Below are positions 28,510 to 38,921 of a stretch of DNA of 64,000 nucleotides, one piece after another (position 1 is the first letter of the stretch; each line of letters begins with the position of its first letter). The notes beneath the pieces were generated by a model that was not told the DNA's origin, did not search any database, and was given only the letters and a program-made list of their open reading frames with translations. The DNA lies in IMG/VR virus record IMGVR_UViG_3300021426_000084; one strand, given 5' to 3'. Origin of the DNA: a virus. Its lineage: Duplodnaviria > Heunggongvirae > Uroviricota > Caudoviricetes. The position numbers and the translations under genes were made by a program.

Positions 28510-29352
28510 ATGAAAATAGTATATCAACCGGGCGACGAAGTATATTGCGTAAACAATGGACGCATTTTTACCGTTTCTGCTTATAACGAAACGACGGGGA
28601 TGTATAACCTTAAATCTGGCAATCTTGATGCAAATGATATTCCAGAGGAATGTCTTACGCCTGTAATACTTAACAAAACAGACGTGACAAGATGGCTTGG
28701 CGCTCAGTTTGGTCTGGACAGTATGTTGTTTTGGCCTAAAAGCAGCAACATCCCGAAAACGAAAGACGACTTATTAAGAGAAGGGTATACTCTTGAGGAT
28801 ATCCTCTGCAATGACTGTGAATTAGTAAAAGTTCCTGTTACGTTATGGAAGAAATGCGAAGCCGCAGGCATTGTGGCAGATAAAGAATTTTTCATTGATA
28901 GTGGTGCTGAGGGGGAATGTCCGCGCGGCCCATTTGTTTTCCGTAATGGAATTTTATCTAGCGCATTAAAACCTGAAATCGAGTACAATATTGATTCGCT
29001 TGTAAGCCTGATTGAAGCAGGGGAGAAGGTCGTGGATGCTGAAAAAGCTCTGGGGAAGATCGGATTTATCCGTCCTGACCGCAAGAGCAGCGACATGGCT
29101 ATAATCCGGGACAATACTCAATCTAAAAAGAATGACACTGTATCTGACACTAACAATGCTTCTTACCCCCGTAAGGCGTCAGAAGCACATAGCCAGGCCG
29201 CAGAGATTTTTAGCGACTACAATACTGGCGAATACTCTATAAGAGCTCTCGCTAAAAAATACAATACCTCTATATCGACAACCTATCGCATCATCAAGAA
29301 AGAACAATCCAATCTCCGCTCTCGCATACAGAGTGCCATCGATGCTGCGTAA
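28510..29352 (+). CDS. hypothetical protein with C-terminal HTH-like segment
   Basis: 280 aa; SIRALAKKYNTSISTTYRIIKK resembles an HTH. Confidence 0.5.
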   Translation: MKIVYQPGDEVYCVNNGRIFTVSAYNETTGMYNLKSGNLDANDIPEECLTPVILNKTDVTRWLGAQFGLDSMLFWPKSSNIPKTKDDLLREGYTLEDILCNDCELVKVPVTLWKKCEAAGIVADKEFFIDSGAEGECPRGPFVFRNGILSSALKPEIEYNIDSLVSLIEAGEKVVDAEKALGKIGFIRPDRKSSDMAIIRDNTQSKKNDTVSDTNNASYPRKASEAHSQAAEIFSDYNTGEYSIRALAKKYNTSISTTYRIIKKEQSNLRSRIQSAIDAA

Positions 29353-29429
29353 CTCCCTCTCATCATTTTTTCGCCCGCTTCGCGGGCAGTTGTCTTGTTT
29401 TCTTTGTCTTTTTCTATGGAGTACTCATT

Positions 29430-29777
29430 ATGCGATATTTTAACGAAACTCTCCTCGTTCGCAGCCGCAATATTGCTGTTAATCGCGTTTACGGATTAAC
29501 GTATCGCGATTTAAAAGCAGGGGACTGTTATACATTTTATGGGTTTGGAGCAACCGGGCGTGTAACTCTTAAAGTCAATCGGCATCCAGGATATGACCCG
29601 GCAACAGGAGATAACGATTATGTGAGCATCACAGCAACGCACGAAGACCTTTTTAACGAAAAGGTAACGAGGGTGTATGAAAAGGAACAGATCTGTATGG
29701 CAAACGGAGATTATCAAAAAGAGCTGGAATATATCTGGGAAAAGTATTCAAAGCCCAGATTATCCGAAAATATGTAA
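29430..29777 (+). CDS. hypothetical protein
   Basis: 115-aa ORF. Confidence 0.5.
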   Translation: MRYFNETLLVRSRNIAVNRVYGLTYRDLKAGDCYTFYGFGATGRVTLKVNRHPGYDPATGDNDYVSITATHEDLFNEKVTRVYEKEQICMANGDYQKELEYIWEKYSKPRLSENM

Positions 29778-29815
29778 GAAGGAAAAAATTTTCAACTTCT
29801 TACATATTTTCTCTT
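29773..29815 (+). terminator. rho-independent terminator
   Basis: tgtaagaag/cttcttaca stem followed by a T-rich run. Confidence 0.6.
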
Positions 29816-29842
29816 GACATTTTATGTAAGAAGCTGTATAAT
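29814..29842 (+). promoter_or_regulatory. sigma70-type promoter facing the tRNA cluster
   Basis: TTGACA, 17 nt, TATAAT (perfect consensus). Confidence 0.65.
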
Positions 29843-30289
29843 TAAATCATCGTCAAGGAAGACGATAAGACATCTCCTACATAAATCATTTCAATCACAT
29901 CCAAGAAGGGCAAGACGCCTCTTGCGCTTCTACAATCTCCCCACAGTTTCTCCTATACCATATTTTCAAATCTCTCATAAGTATCAAATCTCCTTTCAAC
30001 CAGTCTTTATAGGCTGGTCGGTGCAAAGACCAAAGAGAAGTTTTTCAGTCTTCGTGTTCACCCCCATGAGCCTGTTCTTTGTACCGATGAACCTATAAGG
30101 TCACATCGGCCGGTTCTTAAACTGGTTAGTGTGTAGAAGTCAAACACCTCCGTTTCGCAGAACCCCAACCGCGAAACGTACTTCTACCCGCTAACGAGTC
30201 CAAGAACAGGGCTCAAGCCAATTTTTGGCTATATTTTCATGATAATGACTCCTTTCATACGACGTCCGGCCTTTACCGGGCGCCGTAAT

Positions 30290-30364
30290 TCCCCAGTAGC
30301 TCAGCTGGTAGAGCATCTGACGATTAATCAGGTGACGCAGGTTCGAGTCCTGCCTGGGGAGCCA
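30290..30364 (+). tRNA. tRNA, anticodon unresolved (loop CGATTAA lacks U33)
   Basis: 7-bp acceptor stem tccccag/ctgggga, D-arm gctc/gagc, T-loop ttcgagt, CCA encoded. Confidence 0.6.
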
Positions 30365-31018
30365 ATTTAATATTAACAAACAGAAAACTATGGCAAAGCA
30401 TACCTCGGTTATAAAACGCAATATCATGCGTCCGAGAATGGCCCCGTAATTGATACTGACAAACTGCAGTAGATATGCCTGCAGCGAGTACGTCCTTTCT
30501 TAGCGATAAGAGTAGGGTGATGCGTAAAGTGTAAGCGCATGTATCTTGAGGTTATGTGCATGCAATGCCGAGCGTTAAAGCAGGAACTGATAGGGTTTCA
30601 TAAGTGTATGAGTACAAATGGTGTGCTCCGCTGCCGCCAGTAAAGACTAAAGCGTGATAAACTTTAGGTACACGAGGTATTTATCAAGATGGAACTTTGC
30701 CGTGATGTCTTCAAAAGAGACTATAACTGTCAGTCGCCGTATGAGTAGCCCAAGGCAATGATACAGATCAAGTATGTAGCTTTATAGCAATCTATAATTC
30801 TGAATGACGGGTGAAAGTTGGAAGTCTTAATCTTCTCGGAGCTAGAAAGAGGCAAGAAGCGCGTGTCGACGGGCGCGTTGCTCAGACTTGTCTTCTCCGT
30901 GGCTGAATAAATGCAGAGCATCAAGTTGTGTACAGGGAAACCTGATGTTTTGCCGTAGTTTTGTGTTTGTTAATAACACAACTAAAAATGCGCCCAAGCG
31001 GCGCGGTTACAATTTTGT

Positions 31019-31094
31019 GTACCTTTGGTGTAATTGGTAACACGGCAGTCTCCAAAACTGTAAGATGTTGGTTCGAGTCCAGCAGGGTATGCCA
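31019..31094 (+). tRNA. tRNA-Trp (CCA)
   Basis: cloverleaf with anticodon loop ctCCAaa; CCA end. Confidence 0.75.
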
Positions 31095-31099
31095 TCTAT

Positions 31100-31173
31100 G
31101 CCGGTATAGCTCAATGGGGATAGAGCACCGAAACGTAACCTCGGCGACTCAGGTTCGAGTCCTGATACTGGCT
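31100..31173 (+). tRNA. tRNA or tRNA-like, anticodon unresolved (loop ACGTAAC)
   Basis: acceptor gccggta/tactggc, D-arm gctc/gagc, T-loop ttcgagt; no encoded CCA. Confidence 0.45.
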
Positions 31174-31556
31174 TAGCTAATTTAGTCTTACTGGTCTGAT
31201 CAACCGGTTAGGCGAAACACTACATGTAGTGCCGCGTAAAAGCGGTGTCCTTCGCGGTCGAGGGACATTAAAATTGACGGCCGCCTGTTTACGTCCCAGT
31301 ATCAGGTTAACGTCTGATCAGAGGCATACATTTTTCAGGGCGCCCACCGCAGCGCGGCACCACCGTTAATTATACGCCTAATGCCAAATGCGGTTAACTT
31401 GAATAATCCCCGTAAGGGATTAGATATATTGTTGTTAGACCCAGACGGTCGGCGACAAAGCACTGGTCACTATCCGACCACTCCGTAACTAAAATCCGTC
31501 AGCTACCGGAGGGAAACAGGACAGGTCCTGGGTAAGACATAACTGCCCACGCAAAA

Positions 31557-31632
31557 GCGGAAATAGCTCAGTTGGTAGAGCTTCTGCCTTCCAAGCAGAA
31601 TGTCGCGAGTTCGAGTCTCGTTTTCCGCTCCA
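31557..31632 (+). tRNA. tRNA-Gly (UCC)
   Basis: acceptor gcggaaa/tttccgc; anticodon loop ctTCCaa; CCA. Confidence 0.75.
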
Positions 31633-31638
31633 TATTAT

Positions 31639-31725
31639 GCCCCTGTCGCATAGAGGCCGATTGCACCGGTTTTGTAAACCGGTTCCGAAAAGGACACGTC
31701 AGTTCGAATCTGACCGGGGGCTCCA
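31639..31725 (+). tRNA. type II (long variable arm) tRNA, anticodon unresolved (loop TTTGTAA, apparent UGU)
   Basis: acceptor gcccctg/cgggggc, T-arm gtcag-ttcgaat-ctgac, 15-nt variable arm, CCA. Confidence 0.5.
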
Positions 31726-31773
31726 TAAAAACAAAAAAGCAAGACTATAAAAACATAAGGAAGGTAACAAACA

Positions 31774-32046
31774 TTGACATCTCTTGAATGGAATGACCTT
31801 GCCTCAAAATTCTATAGCTTCAAATCCGAGGCAGAAAAACATGGTTTCTATGTGCCAGAACTGGCCGGCATGGAAAACAGCCTGAATATCATTCGTCCCT
31901 ACCAGGAAAACGAAGAACTGCATAAGAAAACGGCAAGTGGATTTGTATCTCGTATGCAGAGTAAGGCTGATGATGTTAAGGCCTGGGCGTTGGCAAAGTT
32001 CAGCGCGCCGAAGTATAATGACGATGATGAGCTGGTGCATGCCTGA
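31774..32046 (+). CDS. hypothetical protein
   Basis: TTG start after taaggaaggtaa. Confidence 0.5.
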   Translation: MTSLEWNDLASKFYSFKSEAEKHGFYVPELAGMENSLNIIRPYQENEELHKKTASGFVSRMQSKADDVKAWALAKFSAPKYNDDDELVHA

Positions 32047-32288
32047 TGTTTAATTTTTCTAAATACGATATGCTGACTCTACTTGATGAGTATGTCACAT
32101 ACATTATGGCAACATGCGCAATTTTTACGGTAACAATCTTCGTCGCAATGGTAAAACATTCCCTTGAAACGGCGGTGATAATCGCTATCATGATTTTTAT
32201 CATAGGTCCAGCCGCGGGTTTCTTAGGTAGAACTATATATGACTTTATTTTAGAGAGGTTTGGTGGCAATGGTAAAGACTTATTCTAA
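32046..32288 (+). CDS. small membrane protein
   Basis: two hydrophobic helices. Confidence 0.45.
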   Translation: MFNFSKYDMLTLLDEYVTYIMATCAIFTVTIFVAMVKHSLETAVIIAIMIFIIGPAAGFLGRTIYDFILERFGGNGKDLF

Positions 32289-32513
32289 CACTAAAAAGGC
32301 AAAAGCGCTGTTTTATCCGAAGGCTAAGTGTTGCGCACACACCAATGTTATGATTGGCGGCGGCCGTTTGATGGGCCGCTACGTAGGATCGACCGGTAAA
32401 CGATGATAGCGTTAATGCTTGCTGTCGTGGTCTGGTGTTGTACGGATAACGGCTACGCAGCATTAGCAGCGTTCTTTGCTTGCTTAGCTTTGGAAAAATA
32501 AATGAGGAAAAAC

Positions 32514-33140
32514 ATGAACAATTGTCTTAAAAAGGAAATTATCTGCAGCTATAAACCTGGCGATTGGTTCGATAGGATTCCACTTGCGCATCTTTGCGAC
32601 GGCGGTATAACAGCAATCAATGTAGACCGCCGTTTTGGAAAGTCCACATTCGTCGCCAATGCAGCCAAAAAGATTTTGTCGCAAGATATGGCTGACATCA
32701 TTGTTGTTGAGTGTGGCGGCAAAAACAGAATAAAACTCATGAAAACGGTCTTTAAGGAAGTTTTCGGCGATAATTTCGAAAAACAGTACCCGCAGATTGA
32801 GATAAGGCCTCATGGCAATAGAGCACTAAGTAAGCGGCGTACAGTAATATTTATTGATGAATTTTCGTATACGGCAACCGACGATGACATCCATGAAATT
32901 CTGAAAAGCGAGCTCATCAGCGATGCACAAACCTGGATTCTTCTGGATACTTCTTATGAAGGTTCAACCGATATGAAAGACAAGAATCCGTTCGCTGGCT
33001 TACTAGAAATGCCCTTCGTAAGAACCTACGAAGTGGTTGGTCGCATTCCTGAAGAATGTCTCGCTTATTATAGCGATGAACAGCAGCAAGCGATTAAAAA
33101 GCGTCAAGAAGCATTTCATCTCCAGTGTTTCATGTTTTAA
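32514..33140 (+). CDS. P-loop NTPase-like protein
   Basis: Walker A-like VDRRFGKSTF and Walker B-like VIFIDEF. Confidence 0.5.
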   Translation: MNNCLKKEIICSYKPGDWFDRIPLAHLCDGGITAINVDRRFGKSTFVANAAKKILSQDMADIIVVECGGKNRIKLMKTVFKEVFGDNFEKQYPQIEIRPHGNRALSKRRTVIFIDEFSYTATDDDIHEILKSELISDAQTWILLDTSYEGSTDMKDKNPFAGLLEMPFVRTYEVVGRIPEECLAYYSDEQQQAIKKRQEAFHLQCFMF

Positions 33141-33223
33141 ACAAATCCCCCTCCATGTGACCGGCTAGGACGAGGCCATAGAATATCGTCCACTTTATTA
33201 AAATTCTGTTATAGGAGAGAAAA

Positions 33224-33451
33224 ATGACAGTATATATGGTTATTCACCAAACTTTGTGCGATGATTATGACCAGGACGTTATGGGTGTTTTTTCAAACGC
33301 CGAAGCCGCCCAGGCGTGCTATGACGACTGGATTAATGAATACGGCCTTGAGGGTTGTGACAATGGCGCGTATTACAATGATGGTGAACATCGCTTAGAA
33401 ATTCACTCATATAAAATTGAGGAAACTTACGAGCGAGATTCAGATTTTTAA
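33224..33451 (+). CDS. small acidic hypothetical protein
   Basis: 75-aa ORF with SD aggagagaaaa. Confidence 0.45.
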   Translation: MTVYMVIHQTLCDDYDQDVMGVFSNAEAAQACYDDWINEYGLEGCDNGAYYNDGEHRLEIHSYKIEETYERDSDF

Positions 33452-34102
33452 ATTTTGCGACCGACACTAATGTCGGCCATAAAACATGCGTGACCTGACT
33501 GCTGGTTGCCAAGAGAACCATGCAGCGAATAAAGAATGCGAAGAAGACTGACGTCATTCATCGCAAGCCTCGGAGAGCCCTGAAAGAAACTTGGCCTGTG
33601 GCAGAAATCTCCAATGAGGACACCGTAAACGCAAAATGAATTACGGTACAATCCGGCCCTAGAGAACAAGCCGGATAGACGCAAAGACCCTTACGGGTCT
33701 GAAAGATTATAGGAATAAGTGGGTCATCACCAAACCACCTATAACTGACGTTAGGCGCAGCGGAAAGACAAGTGCGATAGATGGTATGCCCAAGCCGAAT
33801 AAAAGTGAGGTCGTTCCTTATCGGAGCGAAGAAAAGTAGAGGCTTAGTCAGCACGGCGACAATGCAAAGAAAAGTTCGTGTAAAGCCGCGTTGTAAAATC
33901 AAAAGATTCAGCCCAGACCAGGCTCATAGCAGGAGGGGTTGACGCGCAATAATGACTTCATACCTTCTGGTATGGTCGCTGGACAAGGAAAAGTCTAAAA
34001 ACCCGGCACGAGAGAGGCTACACCGATGCTGAGTAGCTGAGCTGTTTGAGACGAGCAGTCATCCCGTGACGGCAGGATGTAAAATGAAGCCGCCCCTATA
34101 AT

Positions 34103-34185
34103 GAGGCAGTAGCTTAAATGGCTAGAGCAGACGGGAAAGCAAATGGGGCTTTCTTATGATGGTGGTTCGACTCCTCCCTGCCTCC
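34103..34185 (+). other. tRNA-like element (perfect acceptor pair, D- and T-arms, non-canonical anticodon region)
   Basis: gaggcag...ctgcctc acceptor pair; T-loop ttcgact; the middle 33 nt does not form a standard anticodon arm. Confidence 0.4.
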
Positions 34186-34198
34186 CCTATATCATACA

Positions 34199-34269
34199 TC
34201 CCCAAAGCTCCTCCGGCAGGGCTCGTAAGGCTACGGCCTGCGGCGAAGGTTCGAATCCTTCTTGGGGAT
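34199..34269 (+). other. tRNA-like element (acceptor pair plus T-arm, no canonical D/anticodon arms)
   Basis: tccccaa...ttgggga; gaagg-ttcgaat-ccttc. Confidence 0.35.
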
Positions 34270-35996
34270 ATCATGCTCATAGTCTGGGGGACACCGGCCG
34301 GTAGACAGGTTCGATTCCTGTAATGGGCAAAAACAAAATGCTTTCACGGAAAGTGTGCTCACCGCGAAAGAAGTTTTAGCCGCAGCAGACCGCACACCCT
34401 GGTAAATACGGCAAAAACGATGTTTCCCGATATCAAAGAATCGGGCATCAATGACTGTGGATGCGTATAAATAGACAGTCAGCTTGAGTCACCGTGGACC
34501 CCGGATACCCCAAAAGGAGTATGCCGGCTAACGCCTAGCCGAAATGGCGGGCGGCCCTGTGGGGCGCGATCCACGACACAAAAGCTTTCCTGCAGGCGGT
34601 GGGTTAACCTAGCGTATAGAAGGGGCTCCATTACCCCTGAGACAAAAGTCTCGAAGAGATGACCATTGAAGAAGGGTCTCCATTAACCCTGGCTGTAACC
34701 AGAATAGGCCAACCGTGTTTTCGGGCTCGCATCGTTATGAGCGTCCCGATTACCCGGCGCCAACAGCCGAAGAGATGACCTTTATCGGAGCGTTCGCTAT
34801 CGGACAATTACTGGGGAAGTAAGAACTAAAGGCCACGGTTTTTAGCACCCAGAATAACGACGCGAAGGCATTCCTTTCGGTGGAGGTATACCGAAGAACA
34901 ATATGAAACCTGGGCCGTCCCGATAACGCCATAAAGTACAAATGGTAGCTCGGTCAAACGGTAGCAAGGTTGCACCAAGCGTACCTGGATTACCTTCGCC
35001 TGGACGGACTAAAGTACACGGTCTATCAATTTAAGGGCGATAACAGGCACGAAGGCGATTTAGCCCCGGACAAGGCGAAAAACTGTTTAGTAGGCACCGA
35101 TTACTACTTAATAAGACAGTCGGGAACAGTGAAGACTCACTCTAAACAGGCTAGATGAGCATGGGTATCGCCCATGCCGAAGTTATCGGCCACTTCGCTG
35201 AAGACGACCGATGTGTTTGCGGGACGACCGCAACTGGGAGTGCATCCTCTCAGGATAAACCTGCAGAAGATACCTGTCCGAAACAGGATAGGGAAACCGG
35301 TGGCCAAGGCAATAATCCGGTAAACACCGATATATGTAGGACTCCCCTGCGGGGCGAGTAAGTTCATCGGTGGCCGCAAAAAGAAAACATCTCATAAGCG
35401 AGAGTCCGGTCATGAAAGCTAATCCCTTTCAGGCTCTCCCGATGCTGCTTATCTTTTCGGGCATTAAAAACACCAGACCTCGTAAGCGAAGACAGAGAGG
35501 ACGCTCTCGTTCAAATCGGTGAAGCTTGCCATCACCTATGTACAAAAAGCCTTGCCATGTAGAGCGAGCATGATGCTGCTGTAGAGTAGGTCGGGCATCA
35601 AAGATTTTAGACCTCGTAAGCAAAGACAGAGGAAACGTCCTCGTTCAAATCGGTATGAAGCTTACCCCAGATGACGGGCATTTGCCAAAGCTTGGATGGG
35701 TTAATCCGACATAGCGCTGCTACACTTCGGGCGCTAAATTAATCACACAACTGCTTGTATAAGTGCGTGTATGACTGCCGTGGAGGGGCTGCGCGTGATG
35801 GGAGAGGTTCTGCCTGATAGTGACCAAAAGAGTTCAACTACCGTGAGTCCCACGGGGAAACAACAAGCCCTGTACCTTACGAAACAGGCATGGCGCCGCT
35901 TTATGATAGTTGTTCGGGCGCTAAAAACCTGCACTGGCAACTTCATCTTTCATTGTCAGTAAAAGCGTTTGATAACCCGACCCGAAAGGGTCATAT

Positions 35997-36399
35997 GGGG
36001 CTGTAAAGGTTTCGACAGGATATTGAAGCCGTAAGATTCGCAGGCCGATGGTTATGAAGCCTAACTCATTAACCGCTAAATTCAACTGACGAAGCTGAAT
36101 ATCGTCTCGCTGCCTAATCTGCCTTAACGGTAGATTGGTTAGCCCCTATCGTATCACTAGCTGTGAGCAGGGCGATAGGTTTCAAATAAACACAGCAAAA
36201 CGTCAGGAGGCCCGCTCGACGTAAACAACACGGGGAGTTTTCCTGCTTTCTCAAAAGCAGGTGGTGGAGGTGTAGACCATTGCATCGTTGTTCGGCTGGT
36301 TACACCCTAGAGAATGGCGCTCTTAAAAATGCCTATTGCGATAATGTCTTACAGGTGGATGTATTTTGGACAGGAGTTCGATTCTCCTCAGCTCCACCA
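35997..36399 (+). ncRNA. ssrA: tmRNA (ssrA)
   Basis: 5' ggggctgtaaaggtttcgacagg and 3' ggacaggagttcgattctcctcagctccacca match tmRNA tRNA-like domain consensus; internal tag frame ends ...DEAEYRLAA-TAA. Confidence 0.8.
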
Positions 36400-36582
36400 T
36401 CGTTTCAACGAGGTTAGCGTCTCGAAGAAGCGGATTGAGAAGCTAAAATCAGCCATATCGGCTGATTGAAGTAAATCTGTGATTCTGCAGAATCTCTGGA
36501 AGCTTGCGCCAGACTTGGAATACAGCAAGACAGGTTTACTTCAGTGAACCGATATGGAAAGTAAAAATAGGGGGTACATATC

Positions 36583-36918
36583 ATGACAATTGAAGAGTTT
36601 TCTGAAAAGATAAAACTCAAAGAAGAAAACGTAGGACGATTAAAAGAATACATCAAACAGGCAGATAGAATGGACTCGGTTGTATTTTGGTATCGCAAAA
36701 CGGAAGAATACATGGGCAATCATGGTTACGCCGAAGGCGACAATAGTTTTTCCGTTGCTATTAAAGATAATAGCGGCCTCTTTGGCCCTGATTTTAATGA
36801 GTTAAAGACGCATTATCTTCAGATATTAGAAGACGAATTAGCTAAAGCTGAAAATGAACTGAAAGCCATGAAAGAGAAAAAGATAAAAATAGAAGAGTGG
36901 CTTTCTGAAGAATTATGA
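36583..36918 (+). CDS. coiled-coil hypothetical protein
   Basis: 111-aa ORF with SD aaaatagggggt. Confidence 0.5.
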   Translation: MTIEEFSEKIKLKEENVGRLKEYIKQADRMDSVVFWYRKTEEYMGNHGYAEGDNSFSVAIKDNSGLFGPDFNELKTHYLQILEDELAKAENELKAMKEKKIKIEEWLSEEL

Positions 36919-37472
36919 ACAAGACAGTAAAGTTATATCTTCTCGGTGGTACTGCTGTCGTAGACTTTGTTTATTCGGCAACATCACCAATTATTCATAT
37001 ATATTTCATAAGTCTGATAAGTTCCAGCGTTTTGGCCATGGCCAATATCCTGACCACCGCTTTAGCAGCAGGTGTAAATGCTTCGATTCAGTCTGACAAA
37101 CTTAAGGATTTTTATCGGCATCATTTTCTCTGGATAATTACAATAGATATTATCTGCTTCGCGCTTATCAGTTTCGAAGGTATATCTATACCGGAAGTCA
37201 GGTTTCTCGGCTTAGCAGTTTTAAATGCTGTGTCATCAACACTCTGGTTTACGGTAATAAACGACGCGATTAATCATCAAATTGAAGGCGATAGATTGAC
37301 AAAATGGAATAGCTTATCTAAAACGGTTAACCTTACAGCCGCCCTCGCCGGCAGCGTAATCGCGATAATCTTTACAAATATCGGCGTAGAGTATTGTATC
37401 GCGGCCCAGTGCATAGCAAATCTTGTCATGGGTGCAACTGATTGGCTGGCTTATAAGAGGATAAGATATTGA
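36915..37472 (+). CDS. integral membrane protein (about 5 TM helices)
   Basis: hydrophobic throughout; ATGA overlap. Confidence 0.55.
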   Translation: MNKTVKLYLLGGTAVVDFVYSATSPIIHIYFISLISSSVLAMANILTTALAAGVNASIQSDKLKDFYRHHFLWIITIDIICFALISFEGISIPEVRFLGLAVLNAVSSTLWFTVINDAINHQIEGDRLTKWNSLSKTVNLTAALAGSVIAIIFTNIGVEYCIAAQCIANLVMGATDWLAYKRIRY

Positions 37473-37618
37473 TTAATCTGCTTGATTTTATTATATACTT
37501 TTTTATTTTCATCACGTTACTGTGTATAATAAAAGCCACTATTGTTCTTGGCTTCACAATAACTTTTCCGGCAATTTTGATGTTTGTAGCTATTGTTTTG
37601 GCAATGATGGAGGAAGAA

Positions 37619-37818
37619 TGAGTAAAAGAAATTTACGCATTGGCGATAATGCTTATCTGGCTAATTGTGAAGACTGGTCAAATAGCTATTATCCTTGCAA
37701 AGTCATCAAGGTAAGGGATGACAACACGTATGACTTGTACGAACCTAGTATTGGCAAAACTCATTACGGTGTTCATCGTGATGCTATTGTGGATCAGATT
37801 GAATTCGATGCCGGATGA
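37619..37818 (+). CDS. small hypothetical protein
   Basis: ATG 37619 after ggaggaaga. Confidence 0.45.
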
Positions 37819-37845
37819 TGAGATATTAAAAGGGGATAGAATTAC

Positions 37846-38094
37846 ATGATAGCGAAAAAGACGTGGAATGAGTTTAGAGAGACAGGCTTATTCCTTCTGG
37901 TAAATCAGTTCCTGCACATTTTTGGATGGGCGTTGGTTGTTGAGGCAACGGAAGACGGAGAAGTAATTGAATGTTATCCCGCCCGCACTAAATTCAGAGG
38001 ATTTGGCGAGAAAAGCGTTTCGGCAGCTTACCAAAAAGTAAGCAAATATATGGCAGATAACGCCGCCGAGTTATACGAAGAAGCAAAGCGATAA
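37846..38094 (+). CDS. hypothetical protein
   Basis: 82-aa ORF with SD aaaggggat. Confidence 0.5.
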   Translation: MIAKKTWNEFRETGLFLLVNQFLHIFGWALVVEATEDGEVIECYPARTKFRGFGEKSVSAAYQKVSKYMADNAAELYEEAKR

Positions 38095-38219
38095 TGGAGA
38101 AAAAATCGAATGATAGCAATAGATGACAGTTTTGTGGCGGCCATGCTTATATTCGCCTTCGCAATGATTTGGGTAATAGCGATTGGAGCTGTATCCATGT
38201 TGAATGATGAAGATAGAAC

Positions 38220-38417
38220 ATGAATAAAGTCATTGATTTACAAAAGTACAGAGAAGAAAACAACCCACATGAAGTGGCCGAAGTAATCTGTTTGCATTGT
38301 ATGAACCGTTGGATATCCGTGCATGAGCAAGGTGAATGGCTTGCTAAATGGGAATGTCCTAAATGTAGTAAAGTGGGCGGCATTATATATACGGGACAAC
38401 CATTGCCAGAGGAGTGA
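38220..38417 (+). CDS. small zinc-ribbon protein
   Basis: CLHC...CPKC. Confidence 0.45.
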   Translation: MNKVIDLQKYREENNPHEVAEVICLHCMNRWISVHEQGEWLAKWECPKCSKVGGIIYTGQPLPEE

Positions 38418-38484
38418 ATAAATAATGAATGATGAATGGACGTAAAAGCTAACAACAGATAGCACTAGATGAGGAGTGATAAGC

Positions 38485-38712
38485 TTGAAAAAATATATGA
38501 TTGGAGTCCTGATGGGGCTAATCATTGGCTTAACAGCTACGGCGTTTGCCGGTTATTGGAGTCAGAGTGTTACTGTTTATACTGACCCAGACACGCAGGT
38601 GCAATACCTTATCGTCGAAGAAAATAGCAGTGATGGCATGGGTGTTGGTATCTGCCCGCGTTACACGTCTTCCGGCAACATTATGTATGTTGGCAGTGAG
38701 ATAGTAGAATGA
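38485..38712 (+). CDS. small membrane/secreted protein
   Basis: TTG start after gaggag; hydrophobic N-terminus. Confidence 0.45.
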   Translation: MKKYMIGVLMGLIIGLTATAFAGYWSQSVTVYTDPDTQVQYLIVEENSSDGMGVGICPRYTSSGNIMYVGSEIVE

Positions 38713-38921
38713 TTAGGTCAAAAAAGCTTCGATATTACAACAAGAAAATGTGGCGCGCATTATATGTTTGCCATAATTCGAGAAATACATTACTCGATAG
38801 TATAACGGGAGTTTTTGGAAATCCTCCGCACCGTCCTGAGCGGGGATTAAAATTTGCCGCTGAACTATATCAATGTCTAGGATTAAAACTTCCGACATTT
38901 TATGCGAGAGAAGACAGATGA
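38709..38921 (+). CDS. hypothetical protein
   Basis: 70-aa ORF with ATGA overlap. Confidence 0.4.
   Translation: MIRSKKLRYYNKKMWRALYVCHNSRNTLLDSITGVFGNPPHRPERGLKFAAELYQCLGLKLPTFYAREDR

Noticed and set aside
30191-31176. Track ORFs inside the tRNA cluster (30191-30427 -, 30730-30924 -, 30961-31176 +)
   Set aside because: They overlap tRNA genes or structured spacers and have no RBS, so they are treated as spurious.
32514-33140. Terminase large subunit call for the P-loop protein
   Set aside because: It is only 209 aa, has no nuclease domain, and the Walker motifs alone are insufficient. Left as a generic P-loop NTPase.
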